NCBI RefSeq assembly: GCF_009914755.1
Contig: NC_060940.1
Length of the DNA: 64,000 bases
DNA from: the human T2T-CHM13v2.0 reference genome, Homo sapiens
Reading direction: 5' to 3' (one strand)
Positions within the stretch are counted from its first letter, which is position 1; every line of letters starts with the position of its first letter. The translations under genes were made by a program, and so were the position numbers. Below the pieces are notes generated by a model. The model saw only the letters and a list, made by a program, of their open reading frames with translations, did no database searches and was not told where the DNA came from. Below, piece after piece: positions 39,846 through 55,111 of the stretch.

Positions 39846-42525
39846 CCCATTCCCTGTAATTTCCTTCATTCAACTAGGCCTGAGATCCGTCACTTCAGAA
39901 CCTTTTTGTTTGAACTCTTCCAGAAACTGGTGTTCAGGTGTCTCTTTATTTTTCTATGTACAAAATTCTTGAGCAGTAGCTGCCTATGCCCATATTTCCT
40001 GAGTCAGGTATATCATGTGTAGTCCATTTCTTTTTATAAATCTGACTTACTTTTATTATACGAAGAAAATGCAAATAGTGAATCTCACCGGAATGAAACT
40101 TAGACTTCTCCTATGGCTCTGGCTGCCAGCTAATCCTTCCCTCTTTCTCCTAAAAAAGGACCGAAAACTCTCACAACTCGAGTTGCTTAGTGCCTTCATC
40201 TTGTTTCTGAAAATCAGAAGCAGTAATAATAATTTTCTGAGGCATCATTACATTGTGAACATCTATTTTATCAAGGCAGGCACTACCAACACCAGTTCTT
40301 ATCATAATTCTTTGTGTCATACCAGACTAACTTGGGCTTGCTCTTGATAAATGATTTCCTTATTTCATGTGCTGATACTGGACATGAATTTATGCCTATT
40401 GAACCAGCACATCTGCTTCCAAGCTGTTCATTTGATAAACTTTCAGGTAAAGAATGTTCTTGCTGAATGAATTCATGTTTTCATTCAAAATAGGCTGTTA
40501 TAAATGATTCATGTTTCTCTATATTTTCCACAGGAGCAAATTAATTTTTTAATTGAGCAGTGAAATGACCTGTTCTTTCAAAATACATATTAAAAGATTA
40601 TGGTTACAAATGACTATGAGGATTGAAACAGTTCTTGCAATAATTTTTTTCATTTGCTGGAGATCTCTGACAAACTTTTCTCATTTGCTGGAGTTCTCTG
40701 ACAAACTTTTTATAGCACAAATAAATTATTGGAGAATAGCATCTTCTGGAATGAGATTGTAGTTATATGAAAAAAAAAACACGTATAGCAAGAGTACTCT
40801 ATTTTAACTTACAAAACACACAGAAAAGAAAACACTGACCAAACTAATTTCAAATTAGGCACAATCTTTATATTAAGAACTATTGGTGATAATGTTGGTA
40901 ATACTTTTTGAATGGTGTTACATTTTCTGTCCACACATCCTTTTTGTACCTATGATTTGTATAAACTAAAGAAAATCTCTCATCTTTCCTGAAGGCTTTC
41001 TTGTGGAAATACAGTCCCATTTGATCTTACCATAGTTGAAATTTCATGATGTATGAAACTGATAGAGTGTTGAAATGTTCCTAAAAGTGTCTTTGTAGCA
41101 ATTTTGCTTTTTCTGTTGGCTTCTGTAATGAAACTGAAGCTTAGGTACAGAAGTTAAGCTATAAGACACAGTAGAAACTTAGAGTTAGTCTTATTCTTGA
41201 AATCCACAATTTGAAGGGAAATATTTTTTGAGATATTAATAACATTCTTTTAAAAATTGCTACTAATTTGCCAAAATGAATCTTAGTTACACACATGCAA
41301 TGATTTATTGCTATACGAATGCATTCCCATTGAAGGAGTGGTTTATGGAGAAGTGTAGAATCTCCTACTGATTTCCAGACAGTTCAGTGGAACCAAGGCA
41401 AACTTTAGCCTAATTCACACAGCTTTCAAATACCATCCATTTCTTTAAAACCCAAATACAAATAGTTTGAGCTCCTGTCTTGAGACTTCAGAAAGTTAGA
41501 TCTTCTAGGTAGGTATCTTCTCTCCCCTAGGCTTTTCTAGAGATCCCAAAAGAATGGTGTCAGATTCAACTAACTCATTTTTGTACTTATAAGTTACTTC
41601 AGCCAATTGGCCCACATTAGATTACTTAGTGACCAAACTAGAGTTTAGCTTACCCTTGTTTTTCATGAGCAGCTGCTTCTGGCTGAAGCTCAGGTCTTCC
41701 TCTTAATTCACCAGATACAATGATGATGACATCACAGCTTTTAAGATAAAAATTACGGAGGGTTTGAAATAACAGACTATATATGCAGAAAAAGTGCATT
41801 CAGTTGGAAATCCATTATCACATTTCCTAGAATCCACCAATCATGCCATTCCAAGGGTTCTCTTACTTAGTCCTCAGTACTTTTGTCCCCCTGCCCAGGT
41901 GGCACAATTCTCACCCCCAAGCGTAAAGGCCACAGTCCAAAAGAAAGGGCAGTTTCTTGTCAATGCCTGATTTCTTTCTGCCCTAGTGTCAGTGACAATC
42001 ATACTCTTGGTGGAAACCTCTACTCAGACACAGGATAGGGTCTAGCTCCCAAGACATTGACAGGAAAATCAAAATGTTTGACAGTGCATTTTTTTCCCCA
42101 GAGTATAGAATATTCATCCTTGCAGAGTACCAGCTAGAAGATTCTGACATACCCTCTCTTTTACATCCTGTAGACCCACCACTGGGTTGACATGAAGATC
42201 AACCTCATTTTTCTTGCTCTACGCCTTACTCCAGCAATGCATCTTTCTGCGACTCCCCATTGTTGCTGTCTTCCAGCGTTTCACATTTCATGGAAGAGCA
42301 ATGCTATACACCTAGCTGTGAAAAGTTAAAAACAAGCCAGGAGTCCACGTTCATCGCACTCCCTATGTGATCCATCTCCACAGTCTATTTATTTCTTAAC
42401 TATATTATAAATCTATCCCATATGTCTTTCTCCAAAAATCCCCATTCAAGATTGCCATCTCTTGGATAGTTCACTGAAGTGGCTGCCTAATTAGCCTATC
42501 ATATCAGGACTGTAAACTTCTCAAC

Positions 42526-42958
42526 TGATATAGTTTGCATCTGTGTCCTCATCAAATCTCATGTTGAATTGCAATCCCTAATGTTGGAGGTGAGGCCTGG
42601 TGGGAGGTGATTGGATCACGGGGCTGTTTCTCCTGAGTGGTTTAACACCACCCTTCTTGGTACTGTCCTTGCCGTAGTGACTGAGTTCTCATTAGATCCA
42701 GATGTTTGAAAGCGTGTAGCACCCCCCACCCCCCTCCACACACACACCTTTCTCTGTTGCTGCTCCTACCATGTTAGATGCCTTGCTCCTCCTTTTCCTC
42801 CCGCAATGATTGGAAGTTTCCTGAGGTCTCCACAGAAGCAGAAGCCTTTATGCTTCCTGTATAGCCTGCAGAGCTGTGAAGCAATTTAAATCTCTTTTCT
42901 TTATAAATTATGCAGTCTCAGATATTTCTTTATAGCAGTGCAAGAACAAACTAATACA
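42526..42958 (+). mobile_element. MaLR solo LTR (MSTB-like)
   Basis: tgatatagtttg...caaatctcatgttgaattgcaatccc...ctaataca, TSD tcaac/ccaac. Confidence 0.85.
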
Positions 42959-43536
42959 CCAACATGGCAGCCATTCTCTACTCTGCAAGCCTGTCTTTAT
43001 GTCATCTCTCCCTCACTATTTCTCTTTAGCACTTTCTCCTTGTTCTTAGGATGAAGGCACAATTTTGTAACACGACTGTAACTAAACCCCATGAGGTCAG
43101 GAGATGTGTCTTTTTGTGTCTTACATTCAGTCCCCAGCACTGAGCACAGGGTTAATTGAGTAAATATTGATCAAATAAAGATGAAAGATAAGTTGTTTTC
43201 TGTACATATATAATTGAAGGGTCAGTTTCTGGTGTCGCACCTCATAAAAAAGGAAGGAAGTACCGGTGCAAAGAATAAGGAATAATTGATTACTTTCACC
43301 TCCAGAACTTGAAGCACCCCGGTTATGCTCAAATGCAACTTCTGCTATTAACAAAACAGATTTACCCCTCCCGCACACCAATCTATTTATCAACAAATAC
43401 ATTAATAAAGTTTAATTAAAGTATCATATATATAATATGATAACATAATTAAGATAAACCTTCTTTTACCTCTCTTACAGGGAAGCAAAAAAGAAAGAAA
43501 AAAATAGCCAAACTCATTTAAGAATGTCCTTAATGT

Positions 43537-43890
<354 letters not shown>

Positions 43891-44397
43891 TCATTTAATT
43901 AAAGCTTGACCCTTGACTGTAAGTCTTTTCAGTGTTCTGTGTGTTAAAATGGGAAATATACATAAAGTACTTCTGGTGCACCCTGAAGTGTGATGCACAG
44001 AAAACTTTGCTCTTCAGTTATAATTCTTATATTGTCCAGCCCTCGTATCTCTTATTTGCTCTTAATAAAATATGCTAGCCTCCATTCCAATTTTTCACAT
44101 TTTAAGAAAGCGTGCTGTCATAATCAGTTATTTATTTTTGCCTGTTCAGCAGTAATCATGCCACCATGTAGAACTGACAGCTGGTTGCTCAATAATTATT
44201 TGATGCAAAACTTTCTTCTTTTGAGTTCATGTAATATATATATATAAACATGTTATATATATAACATGAACATATATATAACATGAACATATATATAACG
44301 TGATATATATATATACACAAAGACACACACAGTGGGTTGACAATTACAAACACTGTTATAAGTATTTTCATTAAAAGAAAGAGGGTATAGTTTGAGG

Positions 44398-44609
44398 ATA
44401 ATAAATTAGGCAGTGCATTTGAATTGGAAAAAATTGGGAGTTTTCAATATCGCAATGGCCTTAGATAAGTCAATGGGTATATCATATTTTCTAATACAGT
44501 TCTAATAATAAATTAGGCAGTGCATTTGAATTGGAAAAATTTGGGAGTTTTCAATATTGCAATGGTCTTACATAAGTCCTTGGGTGTATCATATTTTCTA
44601 ATACAGTTC

Positions 44610-44610
<1 letters not shown>
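44398..44610. repeat. Tandem duplication, 2 x ~107 bp
   Basis: Units start ataataaattaggcagtgcatttgaattgg at 44398 and 44505, and both end tcatattttctaatacagttct. Confidence 0.95.
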
Positions 44611-45532
<922 letters not shown>

Positions 45533-46282
45533 TTTCTATTTGGTTTTTAATTGTTTGATTTGAAGTCCACTTGGATGGATGAGAGAGAGAGAGAGAATGA
45601 ACTCTTATTGGACTGGATGCTGCAATTTGCTTCCATGTATTTAGCTCTGAGGACCTGGAATGCAACCCACCTGCTGTGGCTTACATAAGAGTCAGTATGA
45701 CTCCATTTCTAAGTGACTTTAGCCTGTAGAAGGATTGAGGGTGATTGCTTTCACTTACTTGATTAAAACTGGTAGAAACATAGATGGCCCTTCAGTTATT
45801 TTTTTATGCATCTTGCTGACTATTGTTTTTCTTTTTAAATGGACATTTGGTACCTATTTAGAACAATAAAATACCTCAAAGCAAACATTAAGCAAAATAT
45901 AGCCAATCTATCACATGCCCAGCTTATCTTGATAGTCATAACCATGAATAGACTGGCCATTACACAGTAAATTCTACATTTTTACAAGTTGCTTTATAGA
46001 TTCGTTTTGTGATCACTAGTAAACCTATTTAGCAAGTATCTAATTAAGAAAACCTTAATAAAAGCCCATTACTCAATGCCCTAAATTTACTAAATTTTAT
46101 TTTTGGGGTACTGAAATGTGTTTTAAATTAGTCACATTATACATAGTGCTAAAAATGTTGCCCATGTACAATACCAATGTACCCACAATAACACTTACGG
46201 GCAATTAACAGTTCATTTTGCATGCTATATTCATTAGTAATTTTCTTTTACTTATTGAGATGTATAAAGAGTATAACTACGT

Positions 46283-46400
46283 CTGAGGCAGGAGAATGGT
46301 GTGAACTTGGGAGGCGGAGCTTGCAGTGAGCCGAGATCGCGCCACTGCACTCCAACCTGGACGAGAGCGAGACGCCATCTCAAAAGAAAAAAAAAAAAAG
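46283..46400 (+). mobile_element. 5'-truncated AluY (end of right monomer only)
   Basis: ctgaggcaggagaatggtgtgaac...A tail, flanked by a perfect TSD gtataactacgt (46271-46282 / 46401-46412). Confidence 0.93.
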
Positions 46401-46649
46401 GTATAACTACGTGTATTGTGAATGCATTTTATTAGTAATTGGGCTGGACTCTGACTCATCAATGTACCTGGCAGTTTACATGGGAGGAGATGTCCATTTG
46501 TATACCACTAGCAACTTTCAGAAGAATAAACTCAAATGTGTACCAGGAGGGAGATAAAATGCCTCAGTAATGTTTTTGGTTTACTTTGCAAATAGCACAA
46601 GGAAGGACAGGTCCACAGGAAAATGCTACATTTCTCTCTTTTAAAAAAT

Positions 46650-47480
46650 ATTTTTATTAAAATAATTTCAGATTTACAAAATGTTGCAAAGCTGTTACAG
46701 AGAGCCCACATTTACCCTGCACCCAGCTTCTATAATGTTAACAGCTGACATGATCTGACTTCAACATCAAAGCCAGAAAGTTAACATGAGTTACTAACCT
46801 ACAAATCTAATGCGAATTCCTCCAGTTTTGTTCTGACATCCAGTTTGGGTGTACTTGGTCCTTGTGTCTTTTTAATATCCTTCAATTTGTCACACTTCCT
46901 TAGTGTTTCCTCACCTTTCACGACCTTGACACTTCAAAGTTTTTAAAATAACTGATCAGCTCTTTTGTAGAATGTCACACAATTTTGGTTTGCCTGATGT
47001 TTTCTCATGATTAAAACAAACTTATGCATTGTTTGGCAAGAATACCACAGAGGTGATGTAGCCTTCTCAGTATATGATATCCTGGAGTGCTTATGTCAAT
47101 ATGTCCTATTACGTGTGCAATGGACCTTGAACTCTTGGTCAGTGTGGTATCTGACAGATTTCTTTGTAAAGTTACTTTGAGCCTACACTGATAGCTTGTC
47201 TTCAAAATTTCCTTCACTCATTTTAACATCCATCAGTGGATCTTGCTAACAACAATTATTATGGTGGTATATCCCTAATAGTGATTTTGGATTTTCCTCA
47301 CTCTTTCTGAATTTATTAATTTTTATTTTCTATAAGGAAGAGCTGCCCCTCTCCACCATTTAATTATAAATTAATTTATTTATGTGTGTTAGTACGGAAA
47401 TGTGCATATTTACTTTATTCCTGAGTTGTAATCCAGTGTGATGCCCATTTACTTTGTTGCCCAAATTGCTCTACATTTGG
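46650..47480 (-). mobile_element. Old L1 3' fragment (L1MC/ME-like)
   Basis: aaataatttcagatttacaaaatgttgcaaa, ttttgtagaatgtc, tttggcaagaataccacagaggtgatg. Confidence 0.65.
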
Positions 47481-48140
47481 CCTCCTTAGTGACCTCCAGT
47501 TGTGGCTTTCGGATGGACACAGTGTATCACGTTATCAAGTCAGGTGGGTTATTGTTAAATAAATTGAAGTATAGATACTAGTATTTAGCCACAAATATTT
47601 AACGTTGGTACCTTTTTAGAAGAAAAGTACCTAATGGAGCAAAAATAAGCAACTATACTTCTCTATGTGAAGCACGTTTCTCGCTTCGCTTCGATGGTTT
47701 TAAACATAGCTCAGTTCAAGCCAGATTTCCCATCCTCTCCTTCCCATTTGAAGAGAGAAGTAACTTGTGGCTCCCCTTTTGTTTTGGGTTTTAAAAAGAG
47801 TCTACATTGCCGTATCCTTCTGACTCTTCATCCTTTTCATGGTGCTCATTGTTTTGTCCTAAGTGACACAGAAATGTACTTACAATTTTATTTTCAAAAC
47901 ACTAGAGCTCTAAAGCTTCTGAATCTGTTTTTAAGAACACCTTGTTGTGACACACAGCTTTTTACCCCTTCCTCATGCAGTCTGGCTACATCCTGTAAGT
48001 ATGTGTCCAATACAAAGAGAGCTCTCCAGCCACCCCTCCTGTCTACTTTTCTGGGCTGCGGCTGCAGTTACCTGCAGACCACTTACATTTTTAGAGTATT
48101 TCAGATGGTACAACGTATTTTGTGCACCTACATTTTTTGA

Positions 48141-48669
<529 letters not shown>

Positions 48670-50217
48670 AAAAGACATTTTAAATTTCTGCTTTGCTGGA
48701 CATTTATAAAAGTTGTTAGACTATTTTCCAAGTGAGATGGTTAAAGGAAACATCGTTTTGTAGACTCATTTGGCCTGCTGAGTTTTCAAAGTGCCTCTGT
48801 CTTCCAAATTAGCTTTACCTAGTTAACAGCATATATTCCAAAGCCCTCTCATCACAGACGCCTGGCAAGTACATGCTGTAAATTCTAACACTACGAGTAG
48901 CTTCCAAGGTATATGGGAGAACAGTAGTTGTTGCATAAGTTCCAAGTTATCTTTTTCCAAAGCAGCCTTCAAATCAACCACTTCACAAGATACGATAGAG
49001 ACACTGGCAAATGCTAGGGATTTCTATGACTTTGATCCACATTCTCTCTGTGTTAGATGCAATAGTTCTCAAAATTTTGTGAAAATAAAAGTCATCTCAG
49101 GCGTGTATTCTTAGCCCCTATGTCAAGACATTCTGATTAAGTGTGAGTAACAGGAATTTTTATTTTTATTTTTTTCATCTGACATCTTCCTGCTGGTAGA
49201 AGGCAGAACTGGAGTCAGTGGCTTGGAAGCTCTTCTTAGGTTTTGCTTGTTTGTATAGAGGAAGGCAAGTGGGGAGAGCTGCAGGAAATGGAACTGGGCA
49301 TGTTTATAAAAAGCAGCGGCCTGTGGGGGTAGCGGACCTAGGGGAGCAGGTGACTTCCAGGAGGTGATGAGGCAGAATCACTGTGGGGAAACTTGGTGAG
49401 AGTCCGCGTTCTCATTCTCAGTAAGCCAGAAACCACTCAACTTATACATTTGACCTCATCTGATTCAGTGTTGCATTTATTGACAAGGAAGTCATCTCAG
49501 TATTGATCTCAGGAAAAGGAATACATTTTAAGTGTGTGTTTTCAAAATGTGCACACACCCCACAGCACTAACACACCATCTAAGAAAAAGCTAAAATATC
49601 AACATCTATTTTTTTTTAGTCAATGGCAATTTTCAACTTAATGTTTCTAAGTGTAACTGACCGAACTCTTTCATTCCTGGTTTGTGATGTGAACAGACAC
49701 CATGGGTTCATGTTTTTTAATGATTAAAATGATATTTTTTGCACGCCATTTTCTCACTCTCCTGTTCCTATTTATTTTTAAACTTGAATAGAAGAGATAA
49801 TGTACCATTCAGCTTTCACTTCAAGCATAATGTAACACCTTTGAAGTTCATGAGCGAATGCCTAGTGTGCCAAGTAGCCTGATGTTCATTCCAGTTGAAT
49901 ATCTTCTGAGCTGGAAAATGTATCAGGTTTCCCTAGTCTCCAGGACTTAAACAAAAGTAGCAATAATATGAATGCAAGCAAAGCTTTTTACCTAGGGATA
50001 TGGACATGCTCTCAAAGTTGTGTAGAAGCAAAATATTTATTTTTTGCTGCAATTAATAAGTTAAGACCCAAGTTCTAATTATTTCTTCAAAAGCAATTTG
50101 GAAAATTGGAATTCCCAAGAATATACGTTAGAGTTTATAGGGCTTCTGACTTATAATTGAATAATAAACCTATATACTTATATTACTGCTGATAGAAGGT
50201 AGCCCTTCTCCCCTAAA

Positions 50218-50543
<326 letters not shown>

Positions 50544-51199
50544 AGACCCCAACTTTAGAATTTGAAACAGAATGCTGAGAAAACAAAGGAATATATTGAG
50601 ATATAACACAGATATAGACTGGGATAATGATATCTCATTTCAAAAGGTTGGATGCCTCTTTCAAGGAGGGAAGCGATAGTTATTTTGCTCTTAGGTCTAA
50701 ATTTTTTAAACCAGTCTAATCATCAGAATCATATGAAAATCTCTTTTGTTGTCATTATTATTATTATTATTTTATTATTATATTTAACCATTTGTAAGAG
50801 GGAAACTAAGGCCAAAGAGGGTTGGGGTGGAGGCAGGGATGGTTAATGGGTACCAAAAAAAAAAAAATTTAGAGCAGTTTCTTTTTTTTTAAATTTGTTG
50901 TGAGCCTATCATGATGAACGTATCCAATAAGCGTATTTTAAATCTGAATCTGGATATCGAAAGAGGTAAGAGTGACAGGTAAAAAGGGAAGTAATTTGCG
51001 AAAGAATTATAAAAGTTATCAGGGAGTATGAGATAACTCAATTATAAGATAGAAATAGAACAGTCAGGAAATCATTTACTCATTTGTTTGTTTGCTTTTC
51101 CTATGAACTTTTTCCAAAAATCACCATTTGTGAAATTATGATTTAAAACACAAAAACAAAACTTTAAATATATGAAATAGTAAATGTGTCGAGGAATTT

Positions 51200-51380
51200 G
51201 AAGGGCAAGTTGTTATGGATAGCCATAATTGTCCATTTTAATGTACACACATATCACTGGGGATCTTGTTGAAGCTGTTTCTGATTTAGAAAGTCCGGGG
51301 TTGGCCCTGAGCGTCTGCATTTCTAACAAACTTCCAAGGATGCAGATGCTGCTGGTCGGTGGACCACACTTTGAATAGTG
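51200..51380. mobile_element. MER5A hAT MITE
   Basis: atcactggggatcttgtt...tctgcatttctaacaaacttccaaggatgcagatgctgctggtc...ggaccacactttgaatag. Confidence 0.7.
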
Positions 51381-51520
51381 ATATTTTAAATTGAGTGCAT
51401 ACACGTCCGTGAGCAACTATATTTTGAACTACCAGTTGGGGAGAGAACACAAAGGAAAATCAGAGAATTATGTCATTACTTGTTGGATATATAGTTTTAT
51501 AGAAATAAATCTTTTGTGAA

Positions 51521-51881
51521 TGTTAAATTAAATTTGATCTAAAGCTCCCTGTCTGTCACGAAGGGCAACCTAACTTGATATGTAAACAAACCACAGCCGA
51601 ACGGGAGTAAGTAACGAATCACTGAGTGACAGCCAATCACAGCACTCAAGCTTCAGCCAATCACAGGTGGCCAATTGATCAGAGCGTGCCTATATAAGGG
51701 AAATGCCGAGCCCCAACGAATCAATTTTGTAAGTAATGACCCTTTTCAGTCCCTGAGTACTGCCTGCCCACTTTGCTGGATGAAGCTCTGTGAACTCTTC
51801 CTGGTTCTTAGTACTGCCTAATTCATGAATCCTTCTTTGCTCAAATGAACTCAAAGTTAATTTAAAGTTTTTATTCTAACA
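51521..51881 (+). mobile_element. ERV1 solo LTR (MER57-like)
   Basis: tgttaaattaaatttgatctaaagct...cagccaatcac x2...attcatgaatccttctttgctcaaat...aaca, 4-bp TSD tgaa/tgag. Confidence 0.7.
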
Positions 51882-52649
51882 TGAGACTCTTTCTCCCATG
51901 AGACTTTGCATGAGGGAGAACAGTCGCTAATTAACAGCCAGTTCTTGAAATCACGCAGTCCTGAAATCCAGCTGATGCTGCTCAGCAGAGAAGCAGATGT
52001 TTGGAGGTAAGAGTTGATTAGGTAGAATCTGGGAGGGAAAATATTTAAGTTAAATGTGTTAAAATATTTGAAGGAGTAAAAAATCTTTGAGATTTTTAGA
52101 TTTTAGAAATCCCCAGGTGCAAAAACTCTGGGAGTGGACATGCATCACTTTGCATAATGGGAAGTTTCTACCACATTTGTATTAGTTTGCTTTTGTCATA
52201 CATTTCCTCTGCTTCAGAGATACATACTGTGAGTTTCATTAGCAAATTTCACATTAAAATTTAAGCAGGTGTAAAAGTCTTGTTATTTTGCAAGACTTAA
52301 ACATCTACTTTTTGTAAAAAATAAAATGTTTAAGCGTTTTCTGTTAAAACTAAATCCAGGTTTCAGTGTTAGAGCTCCAACTTCCCTCAGCTGTAGCCAT
52401 AACTTCATGTTGATTGTTATTGGGCGTCTTTAAAAAAATGTACTTTCTTTTATAGTATGTGAAAACTATATAGGCATTATTGCAGATTTCTAAACGAGTT
52501 ATTTCTCTAAGATGAATCCAATAAAACAGTGTCTTAACATGAAGTGACTTTGTCCCTGTGGTCCAAAACTGTGGTAAAGTCCCTGCATTTGTGTAACATT
52601 TCCCATCTGGGTAGGCAAGTGTGATAGTCATTGAATGGGGCTTTTCCCC

Positions 52650-53019
52650 TGATATGATTTTGATTCGCATCTGTGCCCAAATCTCATGTCAAATATGAGG
52701 AGGGGCTTGGTGGGAGGTGATTGGAGCATGGGGGCGGATGTTGCCCTTGGTGTTCTTATGATAGTAAGCGAGTTCTCATGAGATCTGATGTAAAAAAAGT
52801 GTGTCACACTTCTCCCTTATCTGTCTCTCTCTGCTGCTCGGCCATGGTAAGACATGCTTGCTTCCCCTTCCCCTTGTGCCATGATTATAAGTTTCCTGAG
52901 GCCTCCTACCCATGCTTCCTATACAGCCTGTGGAGCTGTGAATCAATTAAACCTCTTTTCTTCACAAATTACCCAGTCTCAGGTAGTTCTTTATAGCAGT
53001 GTGAAAATGGACTAATACA
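52650..53019 (+). mobile_element. MaLR solo LTR (MSTA-like)
   Basis: tgatatgatt...aaatctcatg...gattataagtttcctgaggcc...ggactaataca. Confidence 0.85.
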
Positions 53020-53780
53020 CCCCTTCTCCCCTCACCCGATGACCTTCAGAATGTTGGTCATATATAAATTCAAATACATCTGGCTTAGTGTATATAAAAT
53101 AATTATTTAACTTAGGACTTTACAAGCTAACAAGTAGCTAAGAAATACTAAATGACATTAGTGATACATGATAGATGATAGATGGGCATATTTGCTGGCA
53201 AACCTATGGAAATCATTTATATTCTCAAATCTAATATAACAGTGACCTTGTGTTACTACCAATGAGGATTAAGGGATGAGTTCCTGGTGCTGTAAAGTCT
53301 CTTCAAAATTGCCCTTTCTCATCTCTTTGTACATTTCTTGTACCAATTCTGGTCCTTAACCGCTGGACACAGGGTCTTGAATGACTTCTGCATTTGCTCC
53401 ATGCTTGCCCATCACTCTGTATCATATTTTGTCATTCTCTTTCAAAAGTCCTCTACCACTTCCATAGGAATACCACTTTACCAATTGTGTATTCACATGT
53501 ATTAGTTTTCTATGCAATTTGATATCTTGGGGTTCTTGATTTGTGCTATATTGTGTATCTGTTTTCAGGATTAAGGGGGGGAGTGTCAACTTACCCTAAT
53601 GTTATGTCCTGAATCATCTTATCTTCTATAACAGTGGTTTTCAAGCTTTTTGAAGTCTTTTACAAATCCCCAAGCCTAGGCTATACTCTAGACCAATAAA
53701 ATTAGAATCCCTGGGGAAGGACCCATGCTCTGGTATTTTGAACTTCCTGGAGAGCCCACCATCAGCCAAGTACAAGAGCC

Positions 53781-54193
53781 TAATATGGTTTGGATCTATG
53801 TCCCAACCCAAATCTCATGTTGAAACGTAATCCCCAATGCTGGAGGTGGGGCCTGGTGGGAGCTGGTTGGATCATGGGGGTGGTTTCTCATGGTTTAACA
53901 CCATGCCTCCTTGGTGTTGTCGTCGTGATACTGAGTTCTTGTGAGAGCTGGTTGTTTAAAAGTGTGTCATACCTTCCCTTCCTCTCCCTTCCTCCTGTTC
54001 CTGCCATGTAACACATGCCTGCTTCCTCTTGCGCTTCCACCATGATTGTAAGTTTCCTGAGGCCTCCCCAGAAACAGAAGCCACCATACTTCCTGTACAG
54101 TCTGCAGAACCATGAGCCAATTACACCTCTTTTCTTTATAAATTACCTTGTCTCAGGTATTTATTTATAGCATTGCAAGAACAGACTAATACA
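53781..54193 (+). mobile_element. MaLR solo LTR (MSTB-like)
   Basis: taatatggtttggatc...cagactaataca with a perfect TSD gagcc/gagcc. Confidence 0.88.
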
Positions 54194-54791
54194 GAGCCCA
54201 TGTTCTAAGAGGCTTTTCCTCATTACATGCACATGGCATCTATGTTCTTGCTAGTCATATCCACTATACTCCTCCGAAGAACCCTCTAGACTCCAGGCGA
54301 GGCTGATAATACCAGTGTCACTCTAAGCACTAGGCATGCAAGTCAACTTGACTCAGCACTGCCATGACAATTTCTCACAACCCCTCACCTCTAATGATTG
54401 ATCTACCTCCTACCTTGCTCTTCTTCAAAGCCAGTAACCTAATTCCAGAGAGAAGCTTCAGGTTTTCATTTGAAATAATTATGTTCAGGGACATTTGGAA
54501 AGCCATTCTTCCATGTTAATAAACCAAATCTTACGACTGTGGTCTTCATTTTTCTTCAAAACTTTTTTCTTATGCCAAAACAATCTGCCAAACTTATAGC
54601 CATATTTTGCAACCAAAGATTTTTCCAATGGAAAAACAAACACACAAAAATCTGTAACTCATTCTCTTCCCATTAGGAGAAATTAAAATAGGAACATATT
54701 GTGAAGCTCCTATTTAAATTTTTTTATTTTTTAATTTGTATTCATAAGAGACAAAATATTAGGTAATTCAGTTATTAAATATATGCATTTT

Positions 54792-55111
<320 letters not shown>

